This document shows, piece by piece, positions 23,099 to 36,379 of a stretch of DNA of 64,000 nucleotides. The stretch comes from Octopus vulgaris (Eukaryota). Position 1 is the first letter of the stretch. Each line of letters begins with the position of its first letter. The notes beneath the pieces are model-generated. The model was given only the letters and a program-made list of their open reading frames with translations, ran no database searches and was not told the DNA's origin. A program made the translations under genes and the position numbers. The stretch covers positions 11,098,001-11,162,000 of the forward strand of contig OX597818.1 of NCBI GenBank assembly GCA_951406725.2, read 5' to 3'.

Positions 23099-24600
23099 TA
23101 GAAGTATTTCATGTTGAACCATTGCTTCCTATTTCTTGAAACTTGACTGCAGCATTTCCACTTACACAACCACTTGATCCAGCCATCAAAATAGTTTTTA
23201 CAAAATCTCTTATACTAGCAAACATGTAGATGCTATTGCTATTTATATTCCATGATACCTACCATTAATGTATTTTGCTGTGGCACAAGACAAATGATTA
23301 AGAAACTTATACTACAAGAAATGAAGGTTTCTAATTTCAATGAGTCTAACAAAGGATAGGATGCAATCATACTTGGATTTCCACTCATATCAACAAGTGT
23401 ACTCTTGGTCCCAAAGACTTCATTTTCCAAAACATTCAGGCTTGCTTTGTCATGTCAATCAATATATTTTAATGGCAAACATTATTACTGGGCTGTATCT
23501 TGAGGAATATTGCTTTGCTAATGGTTAATTTTTGAGTAAGATGCTCAAGTGTTGGAAGCTTCTGCAATCTCATTTTTCATAACCCTGTTGGTAAAACTAA
23601 TAAAATTGAGGTTTCCTGAGCTGCTAATATAGCAATGTTCAAAACTGCTAAGGCTGTGGTGGCTACAGATTTAATATCCCACGAGCTGGAGTTCATTAAA
23701 ACTCTTTATATTATCTCTTTATTCCTGCATGCATTACCATTCCAATATTCCAATATTTGGATGTTTAGGTTTCTTCTGAGTACTCCGGTTGCCACATATT
23801 ACAACAATGATTTTATTTTCATGGCTGGTTTACCTCCCAATTTTCCAGTTTCTATTCGTTTTCACAATTATTTTAAGAATTAAAGAATTTCAAAAATAAA
23901 AGATATATTCTGTTCAATAATAATAATTTCAGACAAAAAAAAATCTTTTATGCATTTACTTTATTTAATATGCTTAAATAAGATGTATGTCATTTACATG
24001 CTTAAATTACAAAATATATTGCAGATATTGAGTGTCTATCAGCAGCACAGTCCATTAGACACCACCAGTCTGCTATCCATGCATTGGAAACCAATTTTAT
24101 TTCTTACATGAAATAGTTCTATTAAACTGAGTAGGCCTTCCATATATATGTATATGCCTCTATACAACCACACACACATATGCACATATACACATATATG
24201 TACACACTTATGTTTATATGTACCTGTGTATATGTGTATCTACATAACTGCGTATATGTATATAAATGCATGTATATGTATATCTGTGTGTGTGTGTTGT
24301 ATTCCACTATATATTTTGAATCATATATTGTTCTGTGCATTCTTGCACATAGTGATTAAAGCATCTTTTGTGATTCTTAATAAATTGTATTTATTATATT
24401 TTTATGATATTCAATGTTATTATTTTGTAATAATACATGCTAAATTGCTTTATAATAATTTGTTTTAATTTTTACTTTGATTTATATTGTTCAATTATTA
24501 ATTTTGATTCATATTATTCCTAATCTGGCGTATGCTATTGAAGCAGTACTAGATTAAAATAGCCATCAACTTATCATACTTAAAGTAAATAAAACATTAA

Positions 24601-25509
24601 CAGGCAAGTTACTGTGGTTTTCATCTGAGATAAAAATATCTTATGGAGATGGTGTGTTTAAAAACACAATATATATCATTTGGAGTTGAAAAATTGTCCT
24701 TGCAGCAGCTAACAAGAACACCAGATGCATTTCAGCACTTTTAGGCCTCATCAATGACATGTTCTCATTGGCAGCCACATGTTGAGGCAAGATTTGTCAC
24801 CGCCAATATATGGAAACAATGAATAATACATTCATTGGTATTGTGAATAGCTGTCATTTAAAAAAACCACCTATGTATCATACTAAATGTAAATACACCA
24901 TTAACAAGAAAATTACTGCACTTTTCATCTCAGATAAAAATCTCTTATGAATGTGTTGTGTTTAAAAACCCAGTGTATGTCAGAAGGCAGTGACTTGCAA
25001 GTATACCTGAGGCATCTCGGTCTTTTGGGGCCTTTTCAATGACATTTCTTATGGATGTGTTGTGTTAAAAAACCCAGTGTATGTCCGAAGGTAGTGACTT
25101 CCAAGTATGCCTTATGTATCTTGGTCTTTTGGAGCCTTTTCCATGACGTCTCTTATGAATGTGTTGTATTTAAAAACCCAATGTATGTCGGAAGGCAGTA
25201 GCTTGCAAGTATGCCTTATGCATTTCTGTCTTTTGGGGCCTTCAATGATCTGTACACATAGCCAACCACATACCTAGACAAGATTTGTTGCCTTCAGTAT
25301 AAGAAACAGTGAATACTACATTCATTGGTAGCCATCTATGCACCAGATTTAATGTATATATGAGTACACAAGAATGCTGAAATGCATCTGATATTATTAC
25401 TAACCTCTGCTTGGTTGATTTTTCGTCTCCCTCTTATATATATATTGTGCTTTTAAACACAACACATCCATAAGAAGTTCTATCTGATGAAAACTGCAGT
25501 CATTTGCCT
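24601..25509 (-). mobile_element. Tandem-plus-inverted PLE pLTR-like array with decayed HHR motifs
   Basis: Unit 1 ~24601-24900; unit 2 ~24905-25350 with 3x104-bp internal repeats; inverted copy of 24601-24737 at ~25375-25509. HHR-like minus motif at 24720-24758. Confidence 0.65.
24943..25248. repeat. 3 x 104-bp tandem repeat
   Basis: tcttatg(a/g)atgtgttgtg... starts at 24943, 25047 and 25151. Confidence 0.9.
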
Positions 25510-26113
25510 ACTAATGGTGTATATACATTGTGGTGTATAGATGGTTATCATGTTGTTTCTATATGAGCTGAAATTTGAAATTAAAAATAAAAAAAGATGG
25601 TCATGCTGGAATGCTTTCATTTTTATTAATGTTGATAACTTAAATAAAATTCTTAGTCTTTGCAAACCTGACTGCTGAAACTTTCATATTTTTAGCACTT
25701 TTAGAAGAAAGTCAATCAGAGTGTTTTGATTTGGCTTTGCAAATTTTCTATTTTGGACCATGAAGTAAATGCTAACACTGACACAGACAACATTGTATTT
25801 TATCCACTCATCATACACTATCTTACTCTTGGTTAACATGATTGGACTTCTACATGTCAAATTGTCTGTGCTCCATTTGATATTCTACTGCTTTTGTATT
25901 TCTGACTTGACAGAATTGTTTTCTCCAACATTTTTCCCCCTTTTTTGCTTTACGTTTTTCACTAAAGAGAGAAATTATAGCTATTACGGGTTCAGTTTTG
26001 TTTTTTGTGCTGAAATAAATCTCATTATGGCGAGGCTCTTGTTTCAATAGGATATTGGCTGTAGATTGAAAGAAACTCTTAGATTGAAATTCATTATAAT
26101 GGAATTTCCCCTG

Positions 26114-26148
<35 letters not shown>

Positions 26149-26155
26149 GATGATG

Positions 26156-26208
<53 letters not shown>

Positions 26209-26272
26209 ATGATGATATATATATATATATATATATGATGATATATATATATATATATATATATGATGATGA

Positions 26273-26315
<43 letters not shown>

Positions 26316-27244
26316 AAGTGCATTCCAGAGATTTTGAGACTTTTTCAGGAGAAACATTTAGTAATTTCATTATTAATCTTAAAAACGTACAAAACTGTAA
26401 TCTTCTTCAGAGTAGGATAATATGACTTCAATGCACTTGTTATGGTACTCTAACTACATCATGAAGGTCCCATAAAAGTTCTCCAAAGTGAATGTGTCCA
26501 GTATCCTATTTCAGTCTCCTTCATCTTAGAGAACAACCAAAAGTCACAGAGAACAATATATATATATTTACACAAATATATTTACATACAGCATAAAATA
26601 TACAGAACACTAAGAAGAAAAATATATAATTTCTTAATTTGACAGCTGATTTAGGAAGCTCAGAGGTTTGTAATAATTATAATATTCATAATTTGTTAAT
26701 GAGAATATACAAAAAGTTTTGGGTATGCAATCAGTAAACAGTCACACAGATATTACAATAAGTTCCAGTCACATCCTCAAGAGATGGTTGGAAAAAGCAG
26801 TTCATATAACAGTGCTAGAGATTCAATTAGTTGAAAGGAGAGGGGAGAATAAAAACAAAAGCCAGAGAGAGAGAGAGGGGGGAAACCTGTGACACAGGGG
26901 AATGGATGGAACAAATAGGGGAGGGGAGAAGTTAAAGTTAAGGTCAGTGAGGTGAAAGGAAGCAACACTGGTGGTCAAGGGAATCTCACTAAGCAGACAA
27001 TGAATCAATTAGGGATGGCAGCTGACCAGACAGAGAGACTGGAAGAGATAAGCAACACATAAAAAGGAATAGGGGTTGGAGAGGAGGAAGGTATACTGAG
27101 ACAGGGAGAAAATGGTGCAAGGAGAATGGAGAAAGAAAATGCTACTAACATAACTAACTAATAAGTAAAGGCATAACCACAATTAGGAGAAACCACAAAG
27201 ACTTTATTTAATGGGCAAAAGCAGAATAAAATTTATGCTTACAT

Positions 27245-27600
27245 TAAAAGATTACATCAAAGAACCTTTTGAGCACTGAGGTATTATGATGGCAAAGAAT
27301 ACCCAATGGTTCCTTGCAACACAACTTACAAACACAGTAGTTTGTGTTGTATGGGGAAGCCTCACAAATTATAGGCCAAGATAAGATATAGGGATATTCT
27401 GGGATTTGAGGTAGTGTATGTATGTAGTTTGGGAGGTAGAGAGCTTAAAGGCTCCATTTGAGAATAAATTCAGGTTAGCCCAGTGGTTGTTCTTAAAATC
27501 AACAGTGACTCCAATGTAGACCCTAACTTAGCTGATTCATATGTTCATTTATCCTCAAGCTAGGACTGGTTACTACTATGGAGCAGGGAGAAGGTATCAC
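27245..27600 (-). pseudogene. Decayed PLE GIY-YIG endonuclease (Naiad-like C-terminus)
   Basis: Minus strand: RVYIGVTVDFKNNHWANLNLFSNGAFKLSTSQTTYIHYLKSQNI / frameshift / YILSWPIICEASPYNTNYCVCKLCCKEPLGILCHHNTSVLKR. Confidence 0.7.
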
Positions 27601-27760
27601 TGCTGTCACATGCATTAGGGTTACTAGTACTAGGAGCAATGTACTAGGGATGCTATTATTGAAGTGGGTAGGATTCCCAAAGCTCACAATATCAGTATCT
27701 GTCAGATTAGAGTAGAGTCCAGGTGGATAGACACATAGATATTAATATATTTGTGTGTTA

Positions 27761-27804
<44 letters not shown>

Positions 27805-28071
27805 CACTCATACAAATATATAAATGTATGTATGTCTTGACACCATGTAATAGTTATAAATAATTATACCATTATACAATTGTTGCCTCTTGTTTCTGGT
27901 CTTCTGTGCAAACCATGTCTGGCTATGGAGAAATATTACCTTGCTTGGAAACAGATGAAATTTAATGGCAGGAAGCGTATCAGGCTGCAGAAAACCTGCC
28001 TCAACATATTCTTTCTGATATACGCTAATATGGGATAGTGGATGTTAAAACAATGATGATGGAGAAAGGTG

Positions 28072-28108
<37 letters not shown>

Positions 28109-28195
28109 CATTGTTCATTTGATATGATATATCTAAAGAGTTCTAGTACATTATTAGTAGATGGATAGGATGTTAAGAGACTTAGTTTTCAATAT

Positions 28196-28548
28196 ATGTG
28201 ACTGTGTGGTAAGAAGCTTGCTTCCCAACCACATGGTTCCGGATTTAGTCCCACTGCATAGCACCTTCGACAAGTGTCTTCTACTGTAGCCTCATGCCAA
28301 CCAAAGCTTTGTGAGAGCATTTCGTTGACAGAAACTGAATATATGTATACTCTTTTACTTGTTTCAGTCATTTGATTGCGGCCATGCTGGAGCACCGCCT
28401 TTAGTCGAGCAAATTGACTTATTCTTTGGAAGCCTAATACTTATTGTATTGGTCTCTTTTGCTGAACTGCTAAGTTACGGGGACGTTAAAACACCAGCAT
28501 CGGTTGTCAAGCGATGTTGTGGGGACAAACACAGACACACAAACATAT

Positions 28549-28613
<65 letters not shown>

Positions 28614-29000
28614 TACGATGAGCTTCTTTCAGTTTCCGTCTACCAAATCCACTCACAAGGCTTTGGTCAGACCAAGGCTATAGTAGAAGACACTTGCCCA
28701 AGGTTCCACACAGTGAGAATGAACCCAGCACCATGTGGTTGGTATGTAAGCCACTTACCACACAGCCACTCCTGTGTGTGTATGTCTTTGTGCCTGTTTT
28801 TGTCCTCACTGTTGATTGACAACTGGTGTTGGTGTGTTTATGTCCCCGTAACTTAGTGGTTCAGCAAAAGAGACTGATAGAATAAGTACCAGACTTAAGA
28901 AAGAAAAAGTATTGGGGTTGATGCACTCAGCTAAAAATTCTTGAAGGTAGTGCCCCAGCATGGCCACAGTCTAATGGCTGAAACAAGTAAAAGATAAAAG
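28196..29000 (+). mobile_element. SINE family A split by an antisense family A copy
   Basis: 5' half 28196-28338, 3' half 28775-29000. Confidence 0.85.
28349..28774 (-). mobile_element. SINE family A, full length, nested
   Basis: Reverse-complement homology to 6256-6677; located in the central microsatellite of the plus copy. Confidence 0.9.
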
Positions 29001-29463
29001 AAGATATATAAAGCAGAATATTAAACAGAACTCATTATTGGTAAAATTACATTCTGGAAAGTCTACACATTAAAATAAAAATATTTTCAACAACAACTAT
29101 CACAATCATCATTATCATTACCTTCACCATTATCTACGACCAACATTATCATAATCACCATCATCGCCATCAACTACATCACCATTACTATCAAGATGAT
29201 CATCAGCAGCATTCTTCACCATCATCTTGATGATCATCATCACCACCACCACCACTACCATCTTGATTACTACACCACACCTACTATCATCACCACCACC
29301 ACCACCACCACTATTGCTCCCTCCACCAATTATCTTGACGATCACTACTATTATCTTGATCATCATCATTACCATATTCACCTCAGTACCTCTATCTTTA
29401 CTACCATCACCAACATTTCTTCAATCTCCCTTACTTTTATATTCTCTCTCTCCCCTCCCACAT

Positions 29464-29512
<49 letters not shown>

Positions 29513-30285
29513 TTCTCTTTCTCTCTCCTTCTGCTCTCATTTTTTGACAGCCCAGTAAACATGCCATGCAAATACAAACCATCAATTTCCTGGAATTTTG
29601 GACAATACTGATAGATAGACAGATAGATAGATAGATAGATAGATAGAGACAGGCAGAAGGAGAGAGAAAGATCGATTGGTAGCGAGAGATAGAGAGAAAG
29701 ATAGAGTGATAGATAGAGAGAAAGACAGATAAGGAGATAGAGATTTAAATAGAGCTAGACAGCTAGATACAGAGAGAGAGAGAGAGAGAGAGAGAAAGAA
29801 AATGAGAGATTTATTTAGTGAAGAATGGGGTGAGAGGTCAACATTTTTGAGAAACCATTTAGTTGGTGCTTCATTATGTATTCATCGGCAGTGCTGTGCA
29901 CACTCAACATTCTGTCATGTTGAATTGTCAGTAAGTTGAAAGATTGCATAGATTGCTGGCCAGTTTGCCTTTCACACAGTAGATGGAGAGTAAGCAGCAA
30001 CAGCAGCACTACCAGCAACAACAACAACATTAGCTGCAATAGCAGAAGTGTATGATTTAATGCAGAAGTTGGTGGTGTAATAAATAAAATTAATCGTGAC
30101 AATAAAGATGGTAATGAAGGCTGTTGTTGTTGTTGGTTTTGATGATGACTACTGAGTGTGTGAGAGAGAGAGAGAGTATTATTGTTGCTATAATAGCTAT
30201 TTATTCTGCTTCTGCTACCACCACCACTACTACTACTACTATTACTAATAATAATAATAATAATAAAATAACGATAATAGTGAGA

Positions 30286-30325
<40 letters not shown>

Positions 30326-31097
30326 TTATAATCCTTTCTACTAAAGGCACAAGGCCTGAAATTTGGAGGGAGGGAACTAATCGATTACATTGACCCCAGT
30401 GCGTAACTGGTACTTATTTCATCAATTCCGAAAGGATGAAAGGCAAAGTCAACCCCAGCAGCATTTGAACTCAGATGTAAGAACAGATGAAATGCCATTA
30501 AACATTTTGTCTGGCATGCTAATGATTCTGCCAGTTCACCACTTTTAATAATAATAATGATAATAATAATGATAATGATAATAATAATAACAGCCGGGGA
30601 AAGTATTAGGTAATTGAAAAGATCAGATAGCATAGTACCATAGGCTGCAGGCAGCAAACCCACTATGCATGCAAGATTCTAGGAGTTCCAACAGAACCTA
30701 TGATAAAAAAGAAATAATAATAATAATCCTTTTTACTATAGGCACAAGGGGGGAGGGGGCCAGTCAATTAGATTGACTCCAGTATGCAACTAGTATTTAA
30801 TTTATCGACCCCGAAAAGATGAAAGGCAAAGTCAACCTTGGTGAAATTTGAACACAGAGCATAAAGATGGACAAAATTCTGTTAAGCATTTTACCTGGTG
30901 TGCTAACAATTCTGCCAGCTCACCACCTTAGTAATAATAATTATAACAACAACAACAGTTTCTTATTGACGTGCAAGGCTTGTGTGTTGTAGTTTTATGG
31001 GGAGGGGAATTTAAGGACCACAAATTGTCATGCTAAGACAAGTCGTTCTCTCTCTTTCTCTGTCTGTCTCTCTTTCTCTCTCACACACACACACACA

Positions 31098-31165
<68 letters not shown>

Positions 31166-31369
31166 TATACCTGCCTGACATGTCTGGGCAAAGTGGAAGA
31201 GAATAAGGAATAAAGAACCAGCAGAAACTGGAAAGCTGAGAGAGAATTCATATCTGAGAATGAAGTGTTTTGGCTCACAGCACCAAAGACCAAAATTAGA
31301 AGCTACCAGAAACATCATAAAATGATGTATGAAATGTTACTTCAGAATATGTGGAAGTTTTCTAGATGT

Positions 31370-31718
31370 GCAAGCATCACTGTGTGATAAGAAGCTTGCT
31401 TCCCAACCACATGGTTTCAGGTTCAGTTCTACTGCATGGCAACTTGGGCAAGTGTTTTCTTATATAGCCTCAGGCCACCAAAGCCTTGTAAGTGTATTTG
31501 GTAAACAGAAACTGAAAGAAGCTTGTTGTGTGTGTGTTTGTCCCCAGCACCACTTGACAATCAGTGTTAGTGTGTTTACACCCCCGTAACTGATAGAATA
31601 AATACCAGGTTTAAAAACAAAATAAATACTGGAGTCAGTTCATTCGACTATACATTCTTCAAAGCTGTGCCCCAGGTTGGCCACAGTCTAATGACTGAAA
31701 CAACTAAAGGACAAAAGA
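31370..31718 (+). mobile_element. SINE family A (older)
   Basis: Homology to 6256-6677. Confidence 0.8.
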
Positions 31719-32460
31719 TTAACTGTCAATCACAGTTTTAACTACAAGGGAATATAAACAGATATGACAGTTGAAGATACTCATTATCAGTCTCAGTTTG
31801 ATCTATGCTCAAATGTATTCAAGTCTTCACCTGTGACTATTGTCATTTTAGTGGCATTTAGGATTACTTTATCAATATGAGATATAGTAGATTAAATTGA
31901 TCATTGTATTTTTCTGATTCTTATTTTTATGAACTCCCTCTTCTGTCTTCCTCCAAATCAGGAAAGGTAATTTTAAATGTATCAGGACTTAAACCTTGGA
32001 CATAAAAGACTGTAGCTAAATAAGATACGGCATTTTTTTTTCCATTTCTTAACTAATTTTACCATCCTCCACTTTTAATAATAAAAATCATGATAATGGT
32101 TTCTAAGGCACAAGGCTAGAAAAGTTGAGATCCAATCAACTCAGTACATGACTGGTACTTTAATTTGTCAATCTCAAAGGATGTAAGACAAAGAAAACTT
32201 TGGTAGGTTTTGGACTTAAAATATAGATGACCATTATGAAATAACACATTATATTTGACACTCTAACTAATTTAGAAATTTTCTGGGTGAGAGGTTAGTC
32301 AGTGTTATATATCCCAATACTTTATTGGTACCTTGTTTTATTGACTCCTGGAAGGATAAAGAGTAAAGTTTACCTTAATGGGATTTGAAATATGAAACAG
32401 TGTTACAACTGGTGGTGTAGTAGAAGCTCACATAAATCTATTAAAAATATAATAATAATA

Positions 32461-32870
32461 TGGTTCTATATTTAAGAGATGAGAATTTATTTACATTATT
32501 TACATTCGACGAATATTTGTTATACCCTCCAGCCTTCTTCAGGTGTCTTGAGAAAATTTCGAACCTGGGTTTTCATTCTTAAGTTATTTTTCGATGTTGT
32601 TGTTATAGTTATTATTATTATTATGGGCATATGGCGCAGTGGTTAAGAGCGTGGGCTACTAACCCCAAGATTCCGAGTTTGATCCAAGCAGTGACCTGAA
32701 CAATAATAATAATAATAATAATAACAGCATCATCGAAAAATACCTTAGGAATGAGAACCCGGGTTTGAAATTTCCCCAAGACACCTGAAGATGGCTGGAG
32801 AGTATATCAGCTGAAATGTTGTGTTAACAACAAACAAGATGACAAATATCCGTCGGATGTAAATAATATA
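32461..32870. mobile_element. Inverted dimer of a tRNA-headed, HHR-containing short element
   Basis: 32495-32606 is the reverse complement of 32721-32867, lacking ~35 nt. tRNA-like head at 32625-32696; HHR-like motif at 32780-32825. Confidence 0.75.
32625..32696 (+). pseudogene. tRNA-like Pol III head (not a functional tRNA)
   Basis: A box tggcgcagtgg, D arm, anticodon-like arm tggg-ctactaa-ccca, B-box-like gagtttgatcc. The acceptor stem pairs poorly and there is an (AAT)n tail. Confidence 0.7.
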
Positions 32871-33189
32871 TATTATAATAACTTTTAAAATTCCACATTT
32901 TATAAATGTCCTTACTTCTATTTTGATGCATAAATTTTTAGGTCTTCATAACACTGTTTCATTATGTTAAAGATTTTGATTCATAGTTATGGTTGTTGAA
33001 ACATGAATTCATGTCACTACAAGTAGAACAAGAGGCGTAGTGCAAAGTAGTGAAAGCAAATACAAACGTGGGTATAATTTTTTAAAGATCTGATATAGCT
33101 TGTTCAAACTGCATATGTTGGTAAGGTTTCATTCATCAAAATCTCCACAAGCAATGCATTTGCATCATTGTTGAATCCAATTCTTAGAT

Positions 33190-33920
33190 TCTCTTTGAGA
33201 AATGTAGGTGTGTACTGTTATCCCCACTTCACAGCCACTTTTATCTTGTGTGTATCATCAAATGATTTTCCTCACAAACTGTCTTCCTCTAGACTGAACA
33301 GAAGGAAATTGAAGCTGTATGGTAAATGGGGGCCACTGACCAGCCTAATTTGCTAGTTGTCTGATTTGTTACTAAAGCTGTCTATGGTCATCTCCCCAAA
33401 ATAGTCACCTTGATTTTCCATCCCAGTCACTGGCTCTTGTATGTTTTAGGCCTTGGAGACAAGGTGTGATGCCATTTCATGCACTGAACTTTTATTTCAT
33501 CCCCTGTCATCAGATCAGAAAAATATGTTTCTTTATTGGCTTCAAAAACTCCAAGTCAATCAGGGAAGACTGCCATCTTTGCTTTTTCAAATCAGATGTT
33601 AACTACTGAGTTACCCACTTTGCACACAGTTTCCAATACCCAAAGTCTTCTACCATCTTCTGTATTGCATTGTAACTTGTTTGTCTGCGTAGATCAGTTC
33701 ATCCACTCATCGGCAATTCATGTCTAATCAATCTCCCACTGTGTGGTTGGTCTTCACTGCTGTTTTCTTTTTTAAACTTCTTCAATCATCTGTGCACATT
33801 GCTTTTGTCATCGGTGTCATATCCATAAGCAACTTCTTGACTCCAGTGGATGTCAGGCAGCCTGCAGCTCTCCTTTGTCAAGAACTCAATGATAATACAC
33901 TGTTTCTGCTTCAAACCCAT
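33190..33920 (-). pseudogene. Heavily decayed mariner transposase
   Basis: Minus strand: MGLKQKQCIIIEFLTKE...AYGYDTDDKSNVHR*LKKFK...EDQPHSGR...FGYWKLCAKWVTQ*LT...DLMTGDE...MKWHHTLSPRPK...HLPYS...GKSFDD. Confidence 0.8.
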
Positions 33921-34902
33921 TATTTGTCAGAAATGAAGAGTTAGTATAGAGGAAGAATTTCTCTATCAACATGTGCTTGTTTGAGCAACCCATGTCAGTT
34001 AATAGAAATGTTATGCCCACTTTTTCAGTACAACACTTGTATTATGAGATAATAATGAAAACAACATAATCATCTCCAATATGCCTGTCCAAACTGATAA
34101 GGAAGTGAAACCATCTAATTATAATTATCAAGAGTTGGAATGAAAATCTATGTAATCTGGTGGACACCTTGTTTCTATCTGATCAAAATATTACCCAGAA
34201 GGAAGTTGAGAAACGTTTGTAATATATGGCTCAGAAACTGAAATAAACAGGTACTGGGCATGAAAGTGGATACATTTCATTCCTTTTACGTCTATTTATC
34301 CATGCTAGCATGGGTTTGACTGTTACATATTATTGATGAATGCCCTTCATGTTGCTAACACTTCCGTTTTTTTCAAGTGTGGTAATTTTCATTCATTCAT
34401 TCTGGAAAGCATAGCACCACTGTCCAAAGCTCAGAGAATTTTCAAAGAAATGCAAATTGTAAACATTCACACACACACACACACATTACAGGTATTGTAA
34501 TGTATTCATCCACTAAATTCACTTACAAAGCATTGGTCAGTTTGAGATTATAGTAAAGAATACTTACCCAAGATGTTATGCAATGGAATTGAACCTGAAA
34601 TCATGTGGTTTCAAACTGAACTTCTCAACAATACAACCATGCCTGTACCTTACCAATGATAATTGATGCATTAAGTTAATGTCAGCAAAATATGAACGAA
34701 ATACTCAATTTTACACACAGTCCATAAGATAGCTCCACTAGACGTAGCCTGCATCTTGTGCAAAACACTTTGCACTTAATCACATAACTGAAATAGTACA
34801 TTGTCTCTGCATACAACACATGCACTAAATGATCAGCATTCAGTAAAATAAAATAATTCACACAACACATACTCTGTGGAATTGCCACCAAACAATCTAA
34901 TG

Positions 34903-35366
34903 CAGGGATCGGCAAACCGGGGTAAATTAACCCAAGTGGGGTAAAAATGAAATTCTTGTGGGTAATGAGGACTTATTAGACATAAGTAAAATTACATAAA
35001 AAACATGTTCCTTATGACAGAATTTTTTCTTCTGGCAACACTGCATCTGCCCAAGTAATGGACATGTAAATAGATTCAATAAACCTTTTGAATTCAAAGA
35101 ATCTATGATTTTCTTCCTTTCTAATTAAGGGGGTAATGTAAATAAATACATTTGGGTAATTGGTTAAAAAAAGTTCCCCGCTTAGGGGAAATAGGTGTAG
35201 GAGTGGCTGTGTGGTAAGTAGCTTGCTCACCAACCACATGGTTCTGGGTTTAGTCCCACTGTGTGGCACTTTGGGCAAGTGTCTTCTACTATAACCTCGG
35301 GCCAACCAAAGCCTTGTGAGTGGATTTGGGAGACAGAAACTGAAAGAAGCACATCGTACATATATC

Positions 35367-35414
<48 letters not shown>

Positions 35415-35651
35415 TATATGTATGTATGTGTGTGTATATGTTTGTGTGTCTGTGTTTGTCCCCCCCCAACATCGCTTGACAACTGATGCTGGTGTGTAAC
35501 TTAGCGGTTCGGCAAAAGAGACCAATAGAAGAAGTACTAGGCTTCCAAAGAATAAGTCCTGGGGGTCAATTTGCTTGACTAAAGGTGGTGCTCCAGCATG
35601 GCCACAGTCAAATGACTGAAACAAGTAAAAGAGTAAAAGAGTAGACCCTTG
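34903..35651. mobile_element. hAT-type MITE whose right TIR is interrupted by a SINE
   Basis: 8-bp TSD atctaatg (34895-34902) / atctaatt (35652-35659); left TIR cagggatcggcaaacc; right remnant gacccttg after the SINE. Confidence 0.65.
35193..35642 (+). mobile_element. SINE family A, full length
   Basis: Homology to 6256-6677. Confidence 0.9.
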
Positions 35652-36005
35652 ATCTAATTCAGTGATGTACACTAACACAACCACCAACCACTAAATATAA
35701 CATATGCAATTACATAATTGAACTTACACTACTACATAATTGATACACAACATTATGATACCAAATGCCCTCATTTGACTCAGTTGCCGCTCAATACACC
35801 ACATAACCCACTTGATACATAGAAAACACAATCACTGGCCAATATTAAAATGTGTTGCACCATCATCACAGCTTATAGAAAATGTACCATCCATCAAAAT
35901 TACACAACTTATCTTGCAAACTAAATTAACAACAGAAACAGCAAAATAAACAATGCAAAGCAAAAGTAAAGTCCTAAATTTCCAAAAACCAATGTTGCAC
36001 ATACC

Positions 36006-36379
36006 AGGCACAGGTGTGGCTGTGTGGTAAGAAGCTTGCTTCACAACCACATGGTTCTGGGTTCAGTCCCACTGTGCAGCACCTTGGGCATGTGTCTTCT
36101 TCTATAGCCTCAGGATGACCAAAGCCGTGTGAGTGGACTTGGTAGATGGAAACTGTGTGTGTGTGCCTTTGTGTCTCTGTTTGTTCCCCCCCACCACCAC
36201 CACCACTTGACAACTGGTATTGGTGTGTTTATATCCTCATAACTTAGCTGTTCACTGAAAGAGATTGATAGAATCAATACTGGGTTTAAAGAAGTGCTGG
36301 GGTTAATTCATTCAGCTAAAAATTCTTCAAGGTAATGCCCCAGCATGGCCACAGCCAAATGGCTGAAACAAAAGATAAG
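36006..36379 (+). mobile_element. SINE family A
   Basis: Homology to 6256-6677. Confidence 0.85.

Noticed and set aside
24943-25248. Regularly spaced repeats considered as a CRISPR-like array
   Set aside because: Units are similar over their whole 104 bp, with no unique spacers.
26345-26416. Minus-strand CTGAAGA...GAAA downstream of the Naiad-like fragment
   Set aside because: Helix I and III cannot be formed; possible relic but unsupported.
32625-32696. Functional tRNA gene
   Set aside because: The acceptor and T stems pair poorly and it is fused to (AAT)n and a repeat body; treated as a tRNA-derived head.
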